Positions 44,896-51,073 of a stretch of 51,073 nucleotides of DNA are shown here, one piece after another. The stretch is from a virus (lineage: Duplodnaviria > Caudoviricetes). The DNA lies in IMG/VR virus record IMGVR_UViG_3300047388_000215, positions 1 through 51,073 of that record. One strand, 5' to 3'. How positions within the stretch are numbered: position 1 is the stretch's first letter; every line of letters begins with the position of its first letter. The notes beneath the pieces were generated by a model, which was given only the letters and a program-made list of their open reading frames with translations, had not been told where the DNA came from and searched no databases. A program made the position numbers and the translations under genes.

Positions 44896-45963
44896 GTGAG
44901 CAAGCGAGCGACCGCCGCCGCATGGCTGCACAGGCGCGCCGAGCAGGCGCCCCTCGCCGCCGTGTGGGCCGCCGGCGCCGCGCTCACCGCTGTCGGCATG
45001 TACTCCGTCGCCGTCGCCTGCGGCATCCCCGGCAACCTCGCGTGGCTGTACCCGCTGATCTTCGACGGCCTCGCGCTCGTCGCCTACCGCGCCACCAGCC
45101 ACACCATGGACGGCGCTCGCCGGTACGCCGCGTTCGTCGTCATGTTGTGCACCGGCCTGTCCGCCACCGCTCAGGCCGCGCACCTCGCCGCCGGTGACGG
45201 CCTGAGCGCCGGGGCCGATGGTCACCTGAAGGCCGGCGTCGGCGCGGCCCCCGCCATCGCGGTCGCGCTCGCCGCGCATCTGCACTGGCTCACCACCAAG
45301 CCGGCCACCACCCAGACGGACGCCTCCACCCTGCCCGGGGGCGTCACCGGACCGGGGGGAACTGCCAAGATCCCCTCCGGTCCGGTCCCCAGCATCACCG
45401 AGGGTGCCGACGCCGATCCCGGCACCGCCGGGCGGGAGAGGACTGCGTCGCATGGCCGGTCCTCTCTCAGCCCGGCCCCCGAGCTGGTCCCAGCCCTGGC
45501 CCCTCCCGGGGCTGGGACCTCTGACCCCGGCCGGTCGGGTGCGGTGCCCGCCGGCCGGGCCCACGACGAGGTCGCCGAGATGGACAACGTGACCTGGCTT
45601 AAGACACCCCCGGACACCCGCGCCAAGACAGCCGTTCCGGCAGTGTCCGGACAGGGCGCCCGCAACGGTGTCTCGGTCCGCGCGGACACCGGTCAGGACA
45701 CCCCGCCAGGACAGTCGGCAGACAGTCGGACAGCGGGTGTCTTGGTCGCCAGGACAGACACCCAGGACAGCGTGTCCGCCGACCCGGCTGAGACAGCCGG
45801 ACAGCAGGTGTCCGGACAGCCCGACCCGGTGTCTGCGGCGTTGCTGTCCGGGCTGTCTGTTCGGGACGTTGTCCGAGCCACCGGCGCCACCAAGAGCCAC
45901 GTCGAGAAATGTCGCGGGGAACTCGTCGCCGCCGGCCAGCTATCACCGAGAGGACGCGCGTGA
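44896..45963 (+). CDS. DUF2637/SpdA-like membrane protein with C-terminal HTH (plasmid/AICE transfer-spread type)
   Basis: AAGGAGG RBS; about 4 TM segments with 'A...G.P..LAWLYPL..DG'; low-complexity linker; HTH 'LSVRDVVRATGATKSHVEKCR'. Confidence 0.75.
   Translation: MSKRATAAAWLHRRAEQAPLAAVWAAGAALTAVGMYSVAVACGIPGNLAWLYPLIFDGLALVAYRATSHTMDGARRYAAFVVMLCTGLSATAQAAHLAAGDGLSAGADGHLKAGVGAAPAIAVALAAHLHWLTTKPATTQTDASTLPGGVTGPGGTAKIPSGPVPSITEGADADPGTAGRERTASHGRSSLSPAPELVPALAPPGAGTSDPGRSGAVPAGRAHDEVAEMDNVTWLKTPPDTRAKTAVPAVSGQGARNGVSVRADTGQDTPPGQSADSRTAGVLVARTDTQDSVSADPAETAGQQVSGQPDPVSAALLSGLSVRDVVRATGATKSHVEKCRGELVAAGQLSPRGRA
45601..45875. repeat. Dense GACA/TGTC motif array 1 (inside the DUF2637 gene)
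   Basis: About 24 RGACAS-type motifs in both orientations by hand count; TGTCCGGACA palindromes at 45644 and 45809. Confidence 0.8.
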
Positions 45964-46232
45964 CCGTCAGGACGTACCACCTGAGGATCTTCTTCCAGGG
46001 CCACCAGAAGGCCCAGTGGGAGGACCAGCTCGACCTCGACAACGAGGCCCGGCTCGGCGAGGTGTTCGTCTCGGCGGCCGACGGCGCCAACCAGACCATG
46101 CGCGTCCGCGACTACGCGGAGTGGCGGATGGACGTTCACCGGATCACCGAGCAGCGCCGCGACCTGCGGGGCGCCCGGCTGGCCCAGGTGACCAAGGACA
46201 ACGCCGGCCGGACGGTGGTGACCCGGCCATGA
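45960..46232 (+). CDS. Hypothetical protein (90 aa)
   Basis: GTGA-coupled; GC3-rich. Confidence 0.6.
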   Translation: MTVRTYHLRIFFQGHQKAQWEDQLDLDNEARLGEVFVSAADGANQTMRVRDYAEWRMDVHRITEQRRDLRGARLAQVTKDNAGRTVVTRP

Positions 46233-46543
46233 ACGGCAAGAAGCTACGGGCCGGTGAGGTCGCGGACCGGCGAGCGCGATGGTGGGCCAAGCGGCGGCAT
46301 GAGGCTGCGACGCCGGCTGAGCAGGCCAGGCGCGCGTGGGACCAGATCACATCCGACATAGCGCACCTGCCAGTGGGGGAGCAGGGCGAGGTGTGGATTC
46401 AGGTGGCCGACGCGCTGGACCGGGTGGGTGTCAACTTGACAACCCGTCAACAGCCGCGCCGCGTGGCCCAAGGCACAGCCGCGACGCCTGCGCGCACGCG
46501 AGGCGCTGAGCCTAACACGTCAACAAACAGGAGGGTCCGATGA
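46229..46543 (+). CDS. Hypothetical helical protein (104 aa)
   Basis: ATGA-coupled on both sides. Confidence 0.55.
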   Translation: MNGKKLRAGEVADRRARWWAKRRHEAATPAEQARRAWDQITSDIAHLPVGEQGEVWIQVADALDRVGVNLTTRQQPRRVAQGTAATPARTRGAEPNTSTNRRVR

Positions 46544-47022
46544 GCGGTGTCATCACCGCGGCCAGCGCACTGTGGTGCCTGGTGTTCGCGTTCGGGTTGC
46601 ACACCCTGGTGGCCGGCCGGGTGGGGCATCTGGTACCCGGCCGGGTCGGCACCGACGTGCTGCCGCGGGGGGTCTCGGTACTGACGCTGGCCGGTCTCGC
46701 CGGCCTCACCGTGGTCACGGTCGGGGGAGCCCTGAACCGGGCCACCACCGCGACCGCCGGGTGGGCGCTGGGCGGCGTGATCCACATCCCGCTGGCGGCA
46801 CATACCGTAGTCGCCGGGGCGGCGCTGCTGGTGGCCCTCTCGGTCATCACGGCGATCATCGCCGGGCATGCGGTGAGCGGCCGGTTCATGTTCGAGGCGG
46901 TCCTGGCGTCGGCGTTGCTGGCGGCGATCCCCGGGCACGCCGGGCAGTTCATCTCAGCCCTGATCCGGGCCGCCGTCCGCGCCGCCGCGTTCCTGGTGGC
47001 CGTCATCTTCCAGGTGGTGTGA
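46540..47022 (+). CDS. Multi-pass membrane protein (Spd-like)
   Basis: AGGAGG RBS; 160 aa, largely hydrophobic; within the tra operon. Confidence 0.65.
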   Translation: MSGVITAASALWCLVFAFGLHTLVAGRVGHLVPGRVGTDVLPRGVSVLTLAGLAGLTVVTVGGALNRATTATAGWALGGVIHIPLAAHTVVAGAALLVALSVITAIIAGHAVSGRFMFEAVLASALLAAIPGHAGQFISALIRAAVRAAAFLVAVIFQVV

Positions 47023-48326
47023 CCGTGATCGGCTATGTCGGCTACGTCCTGCTCGCTGTCCTTGCCTTCCTCGCGCTGTCTGTCTTGGACACCGACGGGA
47101 AGTGGGGGAGAGGTGTCCGCGGCGCTGTCTCCGAGCTACGCGCGGACCAGTCTGGAGGTGTCCGGGGGAAGCTGTCCGCCGCCGCCGAGGGTGCCCGTCT
47201 CGGGTGGCAGGACAAGACACCCAGCACCCGCCGGACAGTCGGCAAGACACCCCCTCAGGACAGCCTGCTGACGAGTGTCTTGGGCAAGCTCGGGAGGGTG
47301 TCTTCACGGGCTGTCCGCAAGATCAGAGACACGGTGTCCGGACAGCCGGAAGACACCTCGACGTCCCCCATGTTGCTGGTCCGCCCGGACGGCACCGCCG
47401 AGCACATCGCCTGGGATGAGAGTTCGTGGTTGCCGCGACTGCGGCCGGGAGAGCGCATCCACTGGCTCGACCGGTTCGGGGCGATCGACGACAGCATCGG
47501 CTCCCCGATCACCTACGACGACCAGATGCCCGGCGGCTTCGACCACAACGCCGACATCAGCGACCTGGCCGACGAGTCGGAGCCCGACACCCTGCCAACC
47601 GGCTGGCTCTCGATGACACTCTCCTGCATGGACCCGTTCTGCGGTGCGGCCCAGACCTTCCGCGCACCGTACGACAGCCGAGCCGGTCTCTCGTGGGAGG
47701 TCATCAAGGCCAACTGGCTGATCGTGGACGACAGCAACGGGTCCGGCTGGTGCCCGGAGCACCGCCCGGACAAGGCCACCTACACCCCGTATGACCCCAA
47801 CGACCCCGAGACGCGGGCCTTCATAGAGCGCGTCCTGGAGGCCAAGCTCGCCCGCCTGGAGCGGTTCGACACCCCGGATGCGGCCATTCGGCCTGCGGCG
47901 GAACAACACGAGGGAGACGGCATGACCCACCCCAGCAACGGCAGCGGCCACGGCAGCACGGCCGGTGCGATCGAGAACCTGCCCGACTACCGGCGCTACC
48001 TCGCCGCCGCCCTGACCCGGGCGCTCGGCGAGCTGGAGGACGCGCAGGCCGGCGCGCAGCGGCACCGCGACCAGGCAGTGTCGATCGCCGAGGGCGTGTC
48101 CCGCCTGATCGCGCTCAAGGCCGACCCGGCAACCGTCGCCGAGGGCAACCGGGTCGCCGAGCAGGCGCAGATGGCGGCGGAGGCGTCCACGAAGCTCGCC
48201 ACCCAACTGTCCGAACTGGTGGATTCGATCAAGGCCGCGATCGACGGCGCCCGCCGGCACGACCAGGTGCAGGAGTCCCACGACTCCGGCGTCCACCTGG
48301 ACCGCGAGGCATACCAGGGCGCCTGA
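47019..48326 (+). CDS. Membrane-anchored protein with C-terminal coiled-coil (TraA/Spd-like); possible internal start at 47922
   Basis: N-terminal TM, central 'LSC....C...W......WCPEH' module, helical C-terminus ending 'DREAYQG'; upstream of TraB. Confidence 0.6.
   Translation: MTVIGYVGYVLLAVLAFLALSVLDTDGKWGRGVRGAVSELRADQSGGVRGKLSAAAEGARLGWQDKTPSTRRTVGKTPPQDSLLTSVLGKLGRVSSRAVRKIRDTVSGQPEDTSTSPMLLVRPDGTAEHIAWDESSWLPRLRPGERIHWLDRFGAIDDSIGSPITYDDQMPGGFDHNADISDLADESEPDTLPTGWLSMTLSCMDPFCGAAQTFRAPYDSRAGLSWEVIKANWLIVDDSNGSGWCPEHRPDKATYTPYDPNDPETRAFIERVLEAKLARLERFDTPDAAIRPAAEQHEGDGMTHPSNGSGHGSTAGAIENLPDYRRYLAAALTRALGELEDAQAGAQRHRDQAVSIAEGVSRLIALKADPATVAEGNRVAEQAQMAAEASTKLATQLSELVDSIKAAIDGARRHDQVQESHDSGVHLDREAYQGA
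47035..47360. repeat. Dense GACA/TGTC motif array 2
   Basis: About 20 motifs in both orientations; TGTCCGGACA palindrome at 47335. Confidence 0.75.
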
Positions 48327-48371
48327 CTCGCCCCCCGATCTCCGGACGAGGCGCCGGAGGTCCGGGGAGTC
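48325..48371 (+). terminator. Imperfect intergenic stem-loop upstream of traB
   Basis: GACTC.CCCCCCGATCTCCGG...CCGGAGGTCCGGGGAGTC. Confidence 0.45.
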
Positions 48372-48406
48372 GGCCAGGACCCACCACACCAACGAGCAGG
48401 GAGATT

Positions 48407-49096
48407 GTGATGAGCTACGGGCGCGGGCGGGACCTGTCGCCGCTCGACTGGGTCTCCCAGCCGTACCGGCAGCCGTTGGCATCGCGCGCCGGCCGCGCTG
48501 CCGCGGCGGGCGCCGGCCGGCTGGCCGTGGCCGGCGGGAAGCGCGCCAAGGCGAGGTGGCGCCCCGGTATGCCGCTGCTGGTCGCGCTGTTCGTGCACGT
48601 GTTGGCGGTGCTGCTGCGGGCGGCCGTCCTGGGGATACGGAAGCTCGGCGGCTCCAGCCACACCTGGACCGTTGATCTGGTGCTGGCGACGGTTGCCGTG
48701 GCTGTGCTGCTGCCGATGTGGTGGGTGGCGCTGGGCTGGCCGGTGCCGCGCAAGCACCGCCGTCGCCGGGCGTGGCAGTCGAGCCGGCTGGCCCACCTCG
48801 TGGTCGGGTCGGCGCTGCTGCTGATGTACCTGCCGGTGAGCGTGTGGTGGCTGCCGCCGTGGCGGACCCTCGGTGCGCCGTGGCTGCCGGTCGTGGCCGT
48901 GACCGCCGTGGTGTCGCTGGCCGTGTGGGCGTGGGGCTACTGGGGCTTCTACCGCACCCACGAGGTTGAGGAGGAGCCGGAGCCGGCCGAGGTGTACGGG
49001 CCGGCCGAGCTTTGGGCCGAGGAGATCGGCGCGGCCGGCGGGCTGCTGCCCGGATCAACTCTGGCCGCCGTCCGCGACATCGAGGTGTCGGCATGA
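48407..49096 (+). CDS. TraB N-terminal membrane portion
   Basis: About 4 TM segments ending 'WAEEIGAAGGLLPGSTL', which I recognise as the pre-motor segment of actinomycete TraB; ATGA overlap with the ATPase ORF. Confidence 0.65.
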   Translation: MMSYGRGRDLSPLDWVSQPYRQPLASRAGRAAAAGAGRLAVAGGKRAKARWRPGMPLLVALFVHVLAVLLRAAVLGIRKLGGSSHTWTVDLVLATVAVAVLLPMWWVALGWPVPRKHRRRRAWQSSRLAHLVVGSALLLMYLPVSVWWLPPWRTLGAPWLPVVAVTAVVSLAVWAWGYWGFYRTHEVEEEPEPAEVYGPAELWAEEIGAAGGLLPGSTLAAVRDIEVSA

Positions 49097-50466
49097 CCGC
49101 GGTCAAGCGGGAAGTCATCGGCTGGGCCGGTGAGATCACGCTCCGCCCCGGACAGGCCGCCTCTGACGTGTACGGCATGCGCAACAAGCTCGCGTCGGTG
49201 TTCGACGTACACGGCTCCTCGGTAATCCTGACGCCGGGCTCGACGGAGCGCAGGCTTGGTATCGAGGTGTACTCGGTCAACCCGTTGCAGACCGCCCCAC
49301 GGTTTACCGCGCCAACCCTGGATCTCGCCACGGGTCAGTGTGTGGTCGGCTACGACACCATGGGGTCGCCGGTCCACTGGCGGTTCTGGCGGCCGGGTTG
49401 GGGTGCTTGTCACGGCCTGGTATTCGGCACTTCTGGCGCCGGGAAGTCGTCGCTGCTGTCCATGCTGATGACCGAGGTCCGGCATTCCGGTGTGGGTGTT
49501 GTCTGGTTCTTCGATCCGGAAGAGGGATTGTCGGCTCCTCCGTGGATCGACGCCGCGAACTTCTACGCAGGTGTTGACGAGGACGGCGGACTCGGTCCCA
49601 TTACCTCCGGGCTGGGGGCGCTGGCAGCGGTATGGGCGCACCGACGCAAGCAGCTCGCCGCCGCACGGCACACTTGGCAGGGGCCGACAGAGGAATTCCC
49701 GCTGATCTTTGTCCCGGTCGATGAAGCGCCGGACGTGCTCGCGGACCCGGTGCGAGCCGGCATCATGAAATGGCTACTGCGGAAGGGCCGCAAGGTCGGC
49801 ATTTCGTTGGTCGTCATCGCGCAGGTGCCGTCCTTGACCGAGCTCGGCGGGGACCAAGCAATCCGTTCACAGGCGGCTGGCGTGAATGTCCTGGCGTTCC
49901 GTACCAGCGACCGGATGAGTGCGGCAATGGGCATGCCTAAAGCGCTGCCCGTGGACCCAGCTACGTTGCCGGAGGAATGGCCGGACGGTTCGTCAACCGC
50001 AGGCTTGGCTTACGTGAGCGGCGGGCAGATGGTCCGCACGCTTTGGCTGCCCGATGACGACGCTTGGTCATGGGCGCAGTCCGGCGCTCCGGCTGACCTT
50101 GACGAGGGCTCCGCTCGTGCGGCCGGCGGGGACTACCTGCGGGCGTGGCTGCTACGCCACGGTCGTGCCGACGAGGCCGCCGCCGTGCAGGACGCTCCGC
50201 CGGTCCAGCCGGACAACGTGACCGCCATCGAGGACGCCTCCAGCGGATCGCTGCGGGAGCGCCTGGTGCTGCTGCTCACCGACCTGGGCACCGCGACCAC
50301 CGGAGTCCTGCACGCCCGCGTAGCGGTGGACGGCCGGCCTGATCTGACCCAGGTGTCCCGGGCGCTGCGGAAGGCCGCCGACCGCGGGGAGATCCGCGAC
50401 GACGGCCACCGCCGCTGGGGCGCCATCACCACCGACGAAGCCGCCGACGCGGTTGAGGGGAACTGA
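49093..50466 (+). CDS. traB: FtsK/SpoIIIE-family DNA translocase (TraB motor plus C-terminal wHTH)
   Basis: 'HGLVFGTSGAGKS' Walker A, 'FVPVDEA' Walker B, 'RKGRKVGISL...AQ', 'AGLAY'; C-terminal 'VSRALRKAADRGEI...RRWG' winged helix. Confidence 0.85.
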   Translation: MTAVKREVIGWAGEITLRPGQAASDVYGMRNKLASVFDVHGSSVILTPGSTERRLGIEVYSVNPLQTAPRFTAPTLDLATGQCVVGYDTMGSPVHWRFWRPGWGACHGLVFGTSGAGKSSLLSMLMTEVRHSGVGVVWFFDPEEGLSAPPWIDAANFYAGVDEDGGLGPITSGLGALAAVWAHRRKQLAAARHTWQGPTEEFPLIFVPVDEAPDVLADPVRAGIMKWLLRKGRKVGISLVVIAQVPSLTELGGDQAIRSQAAGVNVLAFRTSDRMSAAMGMPKALPVDPATLPEEWPDGSSTAGLAYVSGGQMVRTLWLPDDDAWSWAQSGAPADLDEGSARAAGGDYLRAWLLRHGRADEAAAVQDAPPVQPDNVTAIEDASSGSLRERLVLLLTDLGTATTGVLHARVAVDGRPDLTQVSRALRKAADRGEIRDDGHRRWGAITTDEAADAVEGN

Positions 50467-50468
50467 CC

Positions 50469-50915
50469 ATGGACGACCTACTGATCGACACGCCGACCCG
50501 TCTGGTGTTCACCAACGAACTGGTGCCCGGCTCGGTGATCGTGCAGCCGTGCGAGGGTCACTACAGGGGCGGCCAGTTGAAGTGCGATGTCGAGACGACC
50601 ATCCACGGCGACCGGCACATGCTGACCGTCCAGCGGGTCCGTAGTAACCCGAACGCCTGCGCCATCGTGCTCACCGAGGACGGCGTCGAGAGTCCCTGGC
50701 AGATGGGCGGCAATGGTGTCGTCCGGATTACCGCCGACAGCCCGACGAATCCGCAGCCGGATGAGCGTCTTCGTCGGGACGCCAACCGCGACCTGCCTAT
50801 GTGGAAGAAGGTGCTTGGTGTCGCAGCCGGTATTGCGACCGTTCTGGTGCCGTTCGCGCTGGGTGCGGGTTTCGTGCTGATGCTGGTGCTGGCCAGTCGC
50901 GACGGAAGCCGCTGA
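50469..50915 (+). CDS. Hypothetical protein with C-terminal TM
   Basis: GAGGGG RBS; hydrophobic C-terminus. Confidence 0.6.
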   Translation: MDDLLIDTPTRLVFTNELVPGSVIVQPCEGHYRGGQLKCDVETTIHGDRHMLTVQRVRSNPNACAIVLTEDGVESPWQMGGNGVVRITADSPTNPQPDERLRRDANRDLPMWKKVLGVAAGIATVLVPFALGAGFVLMLVLASRDGSR

Positions 50916-50917
50916 CC

Positions 50918-51034
50918 ATGTTCCAATCCCGGACCAAGATGCTGGAGCGGGCCGGCTGGCCGTACGCCCGCACCCTGGCCGACCTCGGCGAGCTGACCGC
51001 CCAGAGGCCCGCGCCACGTAGGCGGCCCGCCTGA
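50918..51034 (+). CDS. Small hypothetical protein (38 aa)
   Basis: ATG 2 nt after the upstream stop; its TGA overlaps a further ATG running off the window. Confidence 0.35.
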   Translation: MFQSRTKMLERAGWPYARTLADLGELTAQRPAPRRRPA

Positions 51035-51073
51035 TGGGCAGGCCACAAGTTGATGACCCGGTGGCGACGGAGC

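Noticed and set aside
49093-50466. Type VII secretion EccC or chromosomal FtsK
   Set aside because: Single ATPase domain, short length, and DUF2637/Spd neighbours fit plasmid/AICE TraB better.
43200-51073. Integrase or attachment site
   Set aside because: No tyrosine or serine recombinase motifs or tRNA-like att core seen; these may lie outside the window.

Overview
A high-GC (roughly 70% by eye) actinobacterial tailed-phage or prophage segment with a siphovirus-like gene set. About 1-43.4 kb is one long minus-strand gene array. Read from right to left it holds: a Cro/excisionase-like HTH gene; many small early genes; RecT-like and Cas4-like recombination genes; MazG-like, ASCH, DUF1643 and DUF5131 genes; a DpdA/TGT-like fragment; WhiB; an SNF2 helicase plus DNA methyltransferase; a replication initiator, loader and DnaB; a putative late regulator; a cysteine-peptidase lysin plus holin; an Ig-like protein and a secreted beta-helix protein; HNH, terS, terL and portal; a protease-scaffold-capsid fusion; head-tail connectors; two tail-tube paralogs; a frameshifted tail chaperone; tape measure; and a minor tail protein. 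At about 43.4-43.6 kb a divergent promoter pair resembles a lysis/lysogeny switch, but the rightward gene is only 25 codons. Where a repressor and integrase would be expected, there is instead a plus-strand operon (44.1-51.0 kb) resembling the Streptomyces plasmid/AICE conjugation module. It encodes a DUF2637/SpdA-like membrane-HTH protein, Spd-like membrane proteins and an FtsK-like TraB split into two ORFs, and it carries two dense GACA/TGTC motif arrays inside genes. The leading hypothesis is a phage that also encodes TraB-type conjugative DNA transfer. No integrase, att site, tRNA, rRNA or CRISPR array was seen. All family assignments come from motif recognition by eye, not from database searches.
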